A stretch of 64,000 nt of DNA, from positions 32,001 to 96,000 of IMG/VR virus record IMGVR_UViG_3300028591_000122; one strand, written 5' to 3'. Shown here piece after piece: positions 28,204-38,000 of this stretch. Source of the stretch: a virus. Its lineage: Duplodnaviria; Caudoviricetes. Numbering within the stretch: the stretch's first letter is position 1; the number at the start of each line of letters is the position of its first letter. Under the pieces are notes generated by a model. The model saw only the letters and a program-made list of their open reading frames with translations. It was not told the DNA's origin and did no database searches. The translations under genes and the position numbers were made by a program.

Positions 28204-28931
28204 TTGACGAATTAAAGATGTACTTCAGTGGCTATGAGTATCAAGTTAATGAGGGCATCACAATGATTTCGCCTACTATCGGAGATATTATTGAGTTTGG
28301 AGAAAACGAATACTTTTCCGCAGTTCATTATATTACTTGTATACCGAGTGATATGATTAGCACCCTGTGGGATATGGGTATTGATTGGGAGACATTGGAC
28401 GATTTTGAACTGTTTATAATGCTTACTCGAAGTTTAACAAAGGACGATTTGAAACTCATATTCAAAGACTTAAGTCTTGCGGATATGGAAGTGCAAGTTA
28501 ACCCAGAGAACAACGAGATTTGTCTGCATAACAGCGAAACAAATCAGACAATAGATAAGTTAGCCTATTTAAAGATTGTCGAATATCTTCGTAAGATACA
28601 CGGTCTTGAGCCGAAAATCAAACGAGCCAAAAATAAAGACACGAAAGATGTTCTTATTATGGTTGATAGAGACGATAAGAAAAAGGCGGCGAAAGAAGCC
28701 CAAAAGCAAGCGAGTCAGTTAATTCCCCTTATATCTGCAATGATGCGATATCCGGGGTTCAAATATAAGTCTAATGAATTAAAGGAATGCACTCTTTATG
28801 AGTTTATGGACACCGTTAAGGGCGCTAGTATTTATATTAGTTCCACATCACTTCTTCAAGGAAGTTATAGCGGTTTCTGTGACACTAGTAAAATTGACAA
28901 AAAGAACTTTGATTGGATGAGACGGTCATAG
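28200..28931 (+). CDS. conserved tail-module protein (possible assembly chaperone)
   Basis: ATGA coupling to the upstream gene; position. Confidence 0.5.
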   Translation: MIDELKMYFSGYEYQVNEGITMISPTIGDIIEFGENEYFSAVHYITCIPSDMISTLWDMGIDWETLDDFELFIMLTRSLTKDDLKLIFKDLSLADMEVQVNPENNEICLHNSETNQTIDKLAYLKIVEYLRKIHGLEPKIKRAKNKDTKDVLIMVDRDDKKKAAKEAQKQASQLIPLISAMMRYPGFKYKSNELKECTLYEFMDTVKGASIYISSTSLLQGSYSGFCDTSKIDKKNFDWMRRS

Positions 28932-28965
28932 TTCTTTAAAGAAAAACTATAAAGGAGAAAAACAA

Positions 28966-29757
28966 ATGAAAGTTAATAACTTTGCGATTGATAGAGTTAT
29001 TCGTGGTATGATGTTCTCTACCGCAGATGGCTCTTATATGTGGTCTATCAACCAGATTACAGACCCTTCGTTGAATATTACTTCCGAAACAGCAGAAGCA
29101 GTTGATGCTCTTGGCTCAAGAATCGCAGTATTCAACAGAGGTAAGTCCGCAGAATTTTCTGCACAGAACTCTTTATTTGACCTTGGCTTGTTCGCTGCAC
29201 AGAACGGTGTAGAAGTTCAGGAAGCAAGCGTAAGCGCTCCCATCAAAACACCTATGTTTGATGAGATTAAACTCAACTCTACAAGTGTAACATATCCTTT
29301 GACAGAGACTCCTCTCGAAGCACCTTCAACAATTTACAAGTTGAATGGTGATGGAACACTTGGTACAGCATATACAAAGGACACTACTGCAAGTGCTACT
29401 ACTTTCGTATATGATACTGCAACTCATGCAATTACACCTCCTACTGGTCTTTCCGCAGGAGATATCTTATTCGTAATGTATGATTACAACCTTGCTGGTG
29501 GTACAGCAGTTCAGGGCGATGCGGTTAACTTCCCTAAGGCTGGTAAGTTCATTATGGAAGTTCTTGGTGTAGACGTTTGTGACCCCACAACTCTTATCCA
29601 TGCTTACCTCGTATTCCCTAATGCTAAACTCGACGCTAACGTTGACCTTAGCTTTACAACTGATGGTAATCATCCTTTCACAATTCAGTGCCAGCAGTCC
29701 TACTGCGATACTGAGAAGATTCTTTATCAGCTCATCATTCCCGAAGTGTCTGATTAA
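28966..29757 (+). CDS. major tail tube protein
   Basis: 263 aa, beta/Thr-rich, biased codon usage, followed by a terminator. Confidence 0.7.
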   Translation: MKVNNFAIDRVIRGMMFSTADGSYMWSINQITDPSLNITSETAEAVDALGSRIAVFNRGKSAEFSAQNSLFDLGLFAAQNGVEVQEASVSAPIKTPMFDEIKLNSTSVTYPLTETPLEAPSTIYKLNGDGTLGTAYTKDTTASATTFVYDTATHAITPPTGLSAGDILFVMYDYNLAGGTAVQGDAVNFPKAGKFIMEVLGVDVCDPTTLIHAYLVFPNAKLDANVDLSFTTDGNHPFTIQCQQSYCDTEKILYQLIIPEVSD

Positions 29758-29762
29758 TTTTT

Positions 29763-29790
29763 ATAAGGGGGCTTTAATGCCCCCTTTATT
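29763..29790 (+). terminator. intrinsic terminator
   Basis: AGGGGGC-TTTAAT-GCCCCCT followed by TTATT. Confidence 0.65.
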
Positions 29791-29808
29791 GATTGAAAGG
29801 AGAAAACA

Positions 29809-30150
29809 ATGCAGAAAAATAATCGTAAATGCTTGGCTTGTGGCGAAGAATATTTCTTCTGCTTCAAGTGCAGTCATCGTAGCTCTAATCCTCAACCTGC
29901 TTGGCGTATTGATTTCTGTGACGAGACTTGCAAAAAAGTATTTGAGACGGTATCTAGTTATAACTGCGGAAGTCTTACAAAGGAACAGGCTCTTGAAGCA
30001 ATCGGAACCATTGACTCTGTAAAATTCGCTAAATTAAAAGATTCTCTCAAACAAAAAATCAAGGAACTCCAGAAAGCAGACAAGCCTGCAAAGTTCTCTG
30101 AATCTTTCAAGTCGGAGAAGAACACATCTAAAAAAGATGCCGAGGAATAA
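29809..30150 (+). CDS. Zn-binding hypothetical protein
   Basis: CLAC, CFKC, CDETC motifs. Confidence 0.65.
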   Translation: MQKNNRKCLACGEEYFFCFKCSHRSSNPQPAWRIDFCDETCKKVFETVSSYNCGSLTKEQALEAIGTIDSVKFAKLKDSLKQKIKELQKADKPAKFSESFKSEKNTSKKDAEE

Positions 30151-30158
30151 TTTACTAT

Positions 30159-30192
30159 AGGGTGTGCGACAAAAGACGTATGCCCTTTTTTT
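30159..30192 (+). terminator. terminator-like hairpin
   Basis: AGGGTGTGCG-ACAAAAGA-CGTATGCCCT followed by a T run. Confidence 0.6.
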
Positions 30193-30211
30193 ACTTTTGG
30201 AGAAAATGGAT

Positions 30212-30445
30212 ATGAATGAAGTAACGTCAGAGTACAGAAACAAGAAGTATCAAACGACAGGCGCAGTGCGTATTCTTGACCAACGACAAGCGGCTTTTTA
30301 TTGGGCAGAGGGAATAGAACCATTAGACATCTATCTAACTAGGGATTTTCAAACCCACAAACCTAAAATAGTTTATGTGTTTAGTCGTGAAGATACAAAA
30401 GAATTATATGAAAGATGGATTAAATTAAAGGAGGAACAACAATGA
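30212..30445 (+). CDS. small conserved phage protein (DUF5659-like)
   Basis: Start moved behind GGAG; QAAFY...G..PLDI...VYVF..EDT pattern. Confidence 0.5.
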   Translation: MNEVTSEYRNKKYQTTGAVRILDQRQAAFYWAEGIEPLDIYLTRDFQTHKPKIVYVFSREDTKELYERWIKLKEEQQ

Positions 30446-30744
30446 CAACAGAGATTTTCTTAACCGGTCTTTTAGCAGTATCTTTATTCACTACTCTTGG
30501 AACTCAAGCAGTTAAAAAGTTGCTTGGAGATTTCAAGAAAAAAATTGGTTCCAATATTTTATCCAGTATTGTTTCTATCGTAGCATCAGCATTACTTTGT
30601 GTATGCTATGCGATAATTATGAAAGTTAACGTAGATGCAGTTTATGTTACAGAATCAATTGTATTAACAATATTGGGTTGGCTTGTTGCTATGTGTGGTT
30701 ATGATAAGGTTAAACAGGCAATAGCACAAATTATTAAGAAGTAA
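30442..30744 (+). CDS. holin
   Basis: Three TM segments, TQAVKK and GYDKVKQAIAQ motifs; adjacent to a lysin-like gene. Confidence 0.75.
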   Translation: MTTEIFLTGLLAVSLFTTLGTQAVKKLLGDFKKKIGSNILSSIVSIVASALLCVCYAIIMKVNVDAVYVTESIVLTILGWLVAMCGYDKVKQAIAQIIKK

Positions 30745-30764
30745 TTATTTAGGAGTAAAAGGAT

Positions 30765-31580
30765 ATGGACTTAAAAGGAATTGACGTAAGCAGTTACCAC
30801 GGGGTCATCAAATGGGATAAGGTCAAAGAGTCTGGCATCCAATTTGTGCTTATTCGTGCAGGCTGGGGAAAGGATATTGTTGACCCAAGATTCCGAAAAA
30901 ATATTGAAGGTGCGGCAAGTGTCGGATTAAAAGTTGGAGTGTATTGGTATTTGTATGGCAAAACCGAAAAGGATATTGTAGCCAATGCAAAGAAATGTCA
31001 CGAAATGATTTATCCATACAAAAACGTTATTACCTGTGGAGTATGGGGAGTTTGGGGAAATGATTCCGAAACTTATCATAAGTGTAGAACAAAGAAAGAC
31101 CGTACAGAATTAGTTCGGTTATTCTTAAATACATTGGCAGAGCAAGGATATAAAGTAGGATATTATGCAGACCGAGATTACTACCGCAGTAAATTTAACG
31201 GAATAGAATACCCTTTGTGGTTTTCACATTTAGCAACTTCGAATGATGTGTGTGAGCCGTTAATTTGGCAATATGATATTCGTGGAAGAGTTGATGGCAT
31301 TGTGCCAAGAGTCAACTTAAATATTTGCTATGGAGACATAAAAGATTTTGTGGTTGTAAAACGAACAATGTACCCGTCCTTAAAAAAAGGTTCGGACGCA
31401 CCTAGAGTCTCTATGCTCCAATCTATTTTAGCCGAATTGGGTTATGAAGTAGATATGACAGGGAGGTTTGACCCTAAAACGTACATTGCCGTTAAGAAAT
31501 ATCAACTCGACAATAACATTAAAGACACGGGAGAAGTTGACGACAAAATGTGGGAAATGCTTGTAAGTCGAAAGGACTAA
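30765..31580 (+). CDS. GH25 muramidase-like protein with C-terminal peptidoglycan-binding domain (catalytic DxE apparently lost)
   Basis: GIDVS, IRAGWG, GVYWY and IWQY motifs; PG_binding_1-like LKKGS...LQSIL...AVKKYQ. Confidence 0.8.
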   Translation: MDLKGIDVSSYHGVIKWDKVKESGIQFVLIRAGWGKDIVDPRFRKNIEGAASVGLKVGVYWYLYGKTEKDIVANAKKCHEMIYPYKNVITCGVWGVWGNDSETYHKCRTKKDRTELVRLFLNTLAEQGYKVGYYADRDYYRSKFNGIEYPLWFSHLATSNDVCEPLIWQYDIRGRVDGIVPRVNLNICYGDIKDFVVVKRTMYPSLKKGSDAPRVSMLQSILAELGYEVDMTGRFDPKTYIAVKKYQLDNNIKDTGEVDDKMWEMLVSRKD

Positions 31581-31581
31581 T

Positions 31582-32013
31582 ATGAAGTTAGTATTAGATA
31601 ACAAAACACTTGAAAAATACAATGAATACTACTTTGCTTTACACCCGAAGGCAAAGAAAGTTCCTATTGAAAAACCGTATCACCCATCAATCAATGTGTG
31701 GTTTACTAAAAAGAGAATTGAGATGAATGCTCTTAAACAAAAGTGGAAAGACTTCACTGTATGGTGGGTTAACGATTTAGGGTGTCAAGGGAAATTACTT
31801 GACAGGTTCACTATGACCATAACTATTTATTTCCCTACTAAAGCGAGACATGATTTAGATAACCAAACACCTAAATTCATTTTAGATGGATTTACCGAAG
31901 CTGGATTTATAGTCGATGATGACGAGAAACACTTGACATCATTGACTTTTAAATCTGGCTATGACAAAGAAAACCCTCGAACAGAAATTGAAATCGAGGA
32001 AATTAAGGAATAA
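31582..32013 (+). CDS. rusA: RusA-family Holliday junction resolvase
   Basis: PSIN, RHDLDN, KFILDG, IVDDD and PRTEI motifs. Confidence 0.8.
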   Translation: MKLVLDNKTLEKYNEYYFALHPKAKKVPIEKPYHPSINVWFTKKRIEMNALKQKWKDFTVWWVNDLGCQGKLLDRFTMTITIYFPTKARHDLDNQTPKFILDGFTEAGFIVDDDEKHLTSLTFKSGYDKENPRTEIEIEEIKE

Positions 32014-32025
32014 AAGGAGAACAAT

Positions 32026-33123
32026 ATGGAAAAATGGTTAACAGTAGGTATACCAGCCTACAAAGCAGAAGACCATATCTGTGATTGTCTAGCATCAATA
32101 CAGATACAAACAATAAGAGACGAAGTATCAATTATTATTGCAAAAGACAATCCAGATGATGATTATGAATTTGTGAAAGAGAGATTCCCTGACCTTGATA
32201 TTACAATCTTGGATTGTGAAAAGAACACAGGACCGGGATTGGCAAGACAGAGATGTGCAGATGCTTGTAAGACCGAGTGGATTACTTGGATAGACGCAGA
32301 TGATGTGTTCTTTACTACGTTCTCTCTTGAATATTTAAAAGGTGGAATTAACAAAGATGTGGTTGAAGTTCAAGGTATATTTTACCAAGAGATTACTAAT
32401 CACCCTAAAGGTGTGAGAACAGTACCCCGTAATGACCTGTTTCATCCATGGGTATTTGCGAGAATGTACCGTATGGAGTTTCTTAAACAGATGGACATTA
32501 AATTCTCTGAATTAAGAGCAATGGAAGACGGAGAGTTTAACTGGAAGATTAGGATGTCTATTGATGGAAGTCCGTTAAAGATTAACGTAATAGACGCGCC
32601 TATTTATTTATGGAGAACTGGTTCAGAACATTCAATTACTCGAATTGGAATAGATGATAAAGGTATTGCTCAATATAATTTTGACTTATGTCAATGGGGA
32701 GCAACCGTTGCGGCTATCAATGCAGTTAAGTTCTGTCGAAAGAAGAATCCGTTTAACGGAGCATTAATCCGTTTTGTTACCGAGATTATGATTGGACAAT
32801 ACTTTACTTATGTAGAATGTCTTGCAAAGAAGCCCGTGTTCGCAGAGCAGAACTTCTTTAATGCAAAGAGATTTTATCACGAATGCTATCAACAGATAGA
32901 GTCGCAGATTGAAGACGAAGTATTAAAGAAGATGTATACTGTTCAGTTGACGGGTAAAGCGCAGGACCTTATTGATATCATTCCAGAAATTACATTCTTT
33001 GATTTTATGGACAGAGTAAGAACTGAAGAATATGGTGGCGATGAAGAGTTCAAGAAGATACGTGCTTCGTTGCCCGAAGAAGTAGTTGAGAATGATAAAA
33101 AGACTGGTGTCGCCATTTATTAA
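32026..33123 (+). CDS. GT2-family glycosyltransferase
   Basis: VGIPAYKA, NTGPGLARQ, WIDADD (DxD) and MED motifs. Confidence 0.85.
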   Translation: MEKWLTVGIPAYKAEDHICDCLASIQIQTIRDEVSIIIAKDNPDDDYEFVKERFPDLDITILDCEKNTGPGLARQRCADACKTEWITWIDADDVFFTTFSLEYLKGGINKDVVEVQGIFYQEITNHPKGVRTVPRNDLFHPWVFARMYRMEFLKQMDIKFSELRAMEDGEFNWKIRMSIDGSPLKINVIDAPIYLWRTGSEHSITRIGIDDKGIAQYNFDLCQWGATVAAINAVKFCRKKNPFNGALIRFVTEIMIGQYFTYVECLAKKPVFAEQNFFNAKRFYHECYQQIESQIEDEVLKKMYTVQLTGKAQDLIDIIPEITFFDFMDRVRTEEYGGDEEFKKIRASLPEEVVENDKKTGVAIY

Positions 33124-33171
33124 AGGAGTTTTGTACGAATCTATCTTTGGTGATAGCAAAGGAGTAAACGG

Positions 33172-33612
33172 ATGATAGAAATTATCAGAGAAAGGGGTAT
33201 GGGCAAAACCCGTACCCTTATTGATTTAAGTGAACAATCTGGTCTAACTATGATTGTGCCTGACCATTGTAGAGCAAATCATATAGTCAAAGAAGCACAC
33301 GCATTGGGAAAGAAAATTCCTGAACCTATTGTGTGTTCACCCGATGGTCTGCGTGGTAAATCAAAACAACGATATCTTGTAGATGATTTGGATGCGTGTG
33401 ATTATCTCTCTAAAATGATTCCGTATGCAGAAGATATATATGCTTATGCTATCAGTACGGAAAATATTATGCAGATGAGAGTCCGCATTGACAAATTATT
33501 ACAACAGTTACAACAGGACCAGACTTGCATCTGTATGCAAGAGATGGAAATCAAGGAACTTAAAAACGAAATACGATTACTTAAAAAGGAGAAAGAGGAT
33601 GTTAGTGAGTGA
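33172..33612 (+). CDS. small P-loop-like protein with coiled-coil tail
   Basis: RGMGKT (Walker A-like) and YLVDD (Walker B-like). Confidence 0.55.
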   Translation: MIEIIRERGMGKTRTLIDLSEQSGLTMIVPDHCRANHIVKEAHALGKKIPEPIVCSPDGLRGKSKQRYLVDDLDACDYLSKMIPYAEDIYAYAISTENIMQMRVRIDKLLQQLQQDQTCICMQEMEIKELKNEIRLLKKEKEDVSE

Positions 33613-34144
33613 ATTTATAGAGGGTTATAAAAATTTACATAAGACAGAAGCACAAGTCGATTTCTGTCACAAACATTTGCGTAGGACATATGCTCCTATT
33701 GCGGAGAAGAATGGCGTACTTAAGAGGTTAGTAAAGGCTTGTGAAACGACTAACGCAAATGGTATTAAGTATATTGATATGGTGTGTAATAAAATGAATT
33801 TCACACACGCAATTATTACTCTTTATACGGATTTAGAGTTGACGGACACTAGCGCAACTCAAATCATTGATAACTACGATGCGTTTCAGGAACTTGAGAT
33901 TATAGATGTGTTCTGTGACCTTATTGGAGAAAGAGAGGTTAACGAACTTATCTTAATCAATAAGAACGCGATAGATACTTGGCACGAAGAAAATTCTTCT
34001 ACTCGTGCTTTTGTTTCTGATTTAACAGACAAAGCCGTAAGGACTATTGTAGAAATGTCGGCTTTGATGAAAGAAACCATAACTTCCGAAGACCAAGAAA
34101 AATTCAGTGAAACGCTCAAGAGTTTTATTGGCATACAGGAATAA
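33599..34144 (+). CDS. hypothetical protein (possible tail assembly chaperone)
   Basis: Start moved to ATG 33599 behind an RBS; position upstream of the TMP. Confidence 0.5.
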   Translation: MLVSEFIEGYKNLHKTEAQVDFCHKHLRRTYAPIAEKNGVLKRLVKACETTNANGIKYIDMVCNKMNFTHAIITLYTDLELTDTSATQIIDNYDAFQELEIIDVFCDLIGEREVNELILINKNAIDTWHEENSSTRAFVSDLTDKAVRTIVEMSALMKETITSEDQEKFSETLKSFIGIQE

Positions 34145-34201
34145 CTCTCTCTACCAAGTGTAGAGCTGAACCCTGTCTTTGGCATAGCCATTGACAGTTT
34201 T

Positions 34202-34307
34202 TGTGTGATGGCGGAATAGATTGTAGACGCTAGGTTGTATATCAACACCGAGGTTAGTAGAGTTGATGCTACGGGACTATGTGGGGTGCGAATCCCCACT
34301 CACACTA
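34202..34307 (+). ncRNA. tRNA-like RNA with a Leu-type D arm and an elongated central arm
   Basis: GTGTGA/TCACAC acceptor, TGGCGGAA...GTAGACGC D arm, GTGGGG-TGCGAAT-CCCCAC T arm. Confidence 0.65.
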
Positions 34308-34334
34308 TAAGTTTTAAAGAAAGGAGAAATAATT

Positions 34335-34925
34335 ATGCAGAGCCAAATTGATTATGTTGCCAAAAGGCATACACAAGATGTTTCTGATATCATTGACAAA
34401 GATGTAGATAAAATTATTCGCAAAGTCAATAACGATATGTATAAGGAAGCAGTAACGATGTATGATAGTTTTGTTCAACAATTTTATTTATATGAAACCA
34501 CTTCATACGTCAGGCACTGGGAAGGAAGACCGGGAACTGAACAAGGTCAAAATCTTTATTTCGGAAAAGACATTCGTAAAGTTTCCCAAAAACCTAAACT
34601 GATAATTTATCTCCCGAAAGATTCAGGATATGTACCAAACGGTGGAGGTCAAATGAGTGGACCGATGGAAGATGATTATCGGTTCAACACTGCGGAAGAG
34701 GTATTGAATTATGTTTTTGGAGGAATTAGATTCCCTAAAAATATAAAACAAGGCAAAAAATCGTGGACTCTTAAAAGCAATTTAATGTGGTCTGGCAGTT
34801 ACAATGGCGAATATTTTTCTTGCCAAAATGTAACTATGAGACAAGCATTTGAAATATTTAATAAAAATTTTGATACAATAGCGGCGAAATCTGCTAAATA
34901 TCATTTAAAACAAATGGGATATTAG
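34335..34925 (+). CDS. putative neck/tail completion protein
   Basis: FY.YETTSYVR motif; directly before the TMP. Confidence 0.5.
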   Translation: MQSQIDYVAKRHTQDVSDIIDKDVDKIIRKVNNDMYKEAVTMYDSFVQQFYLYETTSYVRHWEGRPGTEQGQNLYFGKDIRKVSQKPKLIIYLPKDSGYVPNGGGQMSGPMEDDYRFNTAEEVLNYVFGGIRFPKNIKQGKKSWTLKSNLMWSGSYNGEYFSCQNVTMRQAFEIFNKNFDTIAAKSAKYHLKQMGY

Positions 34926-35011
34926 AACATTTCCTTTGTGAATTCCCACTCACGGCAACGTTCTAATACTCTTATTTTATATGTTGCTGTGACGAAAGGA
35001 GAACAATTTCA

Positions 35012-38000
35012 ATGAATAATATACATGATTACTCGGAATTACGTAAACAAATTAAAGCAGAAATAAGTGATGCGGTTTTTCAAGCATCAAGAGAAGGAAT
35101 TTCCGATGGTTTATCTAAAGCGGTAGAAAAACAATTTAAAACCGAAGTAGGAGAAGTCAATATAGATTTAAAGGACTTGTCCAAAAAGGTTGCCGATTCA
35201 GTACAAAAAGCAGTCGTACAAGGAATCACTAAAGAAAAAGTAAAAGGCATAGATATTTCAGATATCATCTCATTAAATTCTAAAGATATCCTTAAAGAAA
35301 TTGAAAAGATGGTTGATGAAGAAGTAACTCTGACTGCAAAGGGAGCCAAAAAAATGCTTGCCGCAGTATCTTTGGCTCAATCCAAGGGTATAAGTAAGGC
35401 TCAAATTAATAATGCGTTGAGCCAGACAGGATATAAAGGGGCAGGTGGAAAAGCCACTTCGATGTCCGATACTGCCTACGAAGAATATTTTAAGAATTTG
35501 AGGTCCACAGCTCGTTTGTCTAAAACTGATGCTGAAATATTTGGTAAGAACGTTATTGATGTCGTAACCAAAATTAACTTTAAAATAGACCAATTAGTTG
35601 AAGATACCATTACGGACTACTCTAAAGTTACTTCTTCGTTGAAACAAAATATTAAAGCGGAAATGGACGCATTTAATAAAGAACTTGAATCTTTGAGTTC
35701 AAAAGATTTCGACAAAGTAATGGATAATCCCCGTTATTACGAGATAGAAGACAAGGTATCTGCGGGAATTTTGTCTGCTAAAAGAGCCATGGCTATGCTT
35801 TTAGAGGAAACCGACAGAACCATTGGACATGAAGTAGTGAAACTGGAACAATTGCAGGATTCCGTGGAAAATACATCTGGTGCTGTAAAAGAGCAAGAGC
35901 AAGCGTTTGAAAAAGAAAGCGAAGCAATTAACAAAGTAGCCGACAAGGTGGAAAAGCTGGAAAAGAAAACTAAAAAAGCCCAGAAAGAGATAGTCAAAGC
36001 CACGGAAAAAGTTTCGGAAGTTTCCATAAATGAAGCCGATGAAGTCGCTAAAGGAAGCAAATCTCGCAAAAATAAAAAAGACGTTGCAGAAGCCGTAGAG
36101 GAAATGAAGCAACAAACCGAAGAAACAAAAAAGACCGTAATTGATAAAGGTGTGAGCGGTATTCAAACCGAGGTCGAAAAAATTGTTGAAGCCGAAAAAG
36201 ATTTTTCTAAAATAAATGAACAAATTGTTACATCTTCTAAAGCCGTGACTCAATCACTGGAAGAAGAAACTGCTGTCATTAAAACAGCATCTAACGAATT
36301 TGAAAAATATGGAGATAAGTTAGATGAGTTTTGGAAAGAAAAGAGTCGTTTAAATTCGGCTGATTCTAAAGGCATCGAAGAGATGTATGACTATCAATGG
36401 AGAATAGAACAGGTTGCGAATGGTCAACTTTCTGGAAAAGATGCAATATCGTTGTTAATCGAAGATTTGCAATTGGCTCGTGAAGAAGCGATAAGAACGC
36501 AAAGAGAAGAAATAGAAAAAGAGAAAAAGGCTTTACAAACCGTTCTTGAAGATGAGGAGATGCTCGATGCATCATCTCTCTCTTACAGTGATGATGATGA
36601 CTGGTTTTTCGGTGTTTCAACTCCAAAAGTAATTGAACAAATTACAGAGAAGACCAGTGAACTTAATACTGAATTAAAAGAGACTGATAATGTTGCGCAG
36701 GCAATTACCGACGATGTGCAAAAGACGGTCAAAGAAGTTAAGGCAATGTCGGGTCAAGAATGGCTTAAATTCAGTTCTCCATTTCAGGAAGCACAAAAGA
36801 TTACGCAACAGTTTATGTCTCAATCCAAATTAAAATCCAAGCAGACTGCTCAAGATTTGGCTTTAGAGATAGAATACCAGATTAAAAATATGCTTAAAGG
36901 GAGTGCCCCGGATTTTAGAGAATCTTCCATACTGCTTGCTAGTAATAAAGACAAAAAAATGGCTTGGGAAGATTTCGGCTCCCCTGAACATAGAGCTGTA
37001 AGAGACTATATCAAGAGTTCTTCTGGGGTGTATATTAATGAGCAGATTAAAGGAGACCTTGGAGATAATCTGAAACGCTTGAGAGAACTTATGGGATTTG
37101 GTAAGGTTAATACTAAAAATAGTTCTCTTATGGGTGTTGATGTTTTCTTGAGAGATTTGAATAGTGTTGCTCAAACTAGTTTCCAGTCTATCCGAGAATT
37201 ATTGGATTTTTTGGAAAACAGTCCTACGGATTATGATGTGCTTAAGCAATTGTCGGAGAGTGGTTATTTTACCGACGTTGAAGAGAAACTTAAAAATAGA
37301 ATTGACGATTATATAAAGAATTATTCTAGACTTAATGATGAGCAAAAGCGAACATTGAAAAATCGTGATGAGAACATTCACAGGCAACAGGATAATAGAA
37401 AGACTCTTTATCAAGAAGAAAAGGAAAGAGAGAAGAAATTACAAGAAACTCTCAATACTCAACAAGAAGAAACTGTTCAGACTGTTGATAAACAAAAAAT
37501 CTTCGAAGAGCGCATGAATGATATTTACGAACATCGTATCTCTTTAAAGAAAGAAGATTTGGCTCTTCAACAGAGGTATAATGATTTAGTAAAGAGAGAA
37601 GAAGAGCTTCGAGCTACGCAGGCTGTGTATGAACAACAGATAGGAAACAGCCTTAGCGTAGACGCGCAACAGGAAGCTATAGAAAAGTATAACGACACAT
37701 TAACCGAAGCAAGGAATAATTATACTACAATTGAGCAGATAGTAGGAAGAATTAATAAAAAATCCGAAAAGCCTTTGGAGTCTTTTGGGTTAACAGATAA
37801 GGTGCGTTTAAGCGCTACAATGATGGCGTTGGTAGAACGTTATAAAGAAATAGCGGGTGACAATTACGATGTTAATCAGATAGGTGGACAAAAGACAATT
37901 AATGCTTATTCCACTTACTATGGAATGACTCAAGACAAAATCGCCGATGTTGCTAAACAATTAGGAGAAGTTAACAAGCAGTTACTCGAAATTGATAAAA

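Noticed and set aside
33599-34925. Programmed -1 frameshift of tail assembly chaperones before the TMP
   Set aside because: No convincing slippery heptamer seen, and the two ORFs are separated by a tRNA-like element and have their own RBSs.
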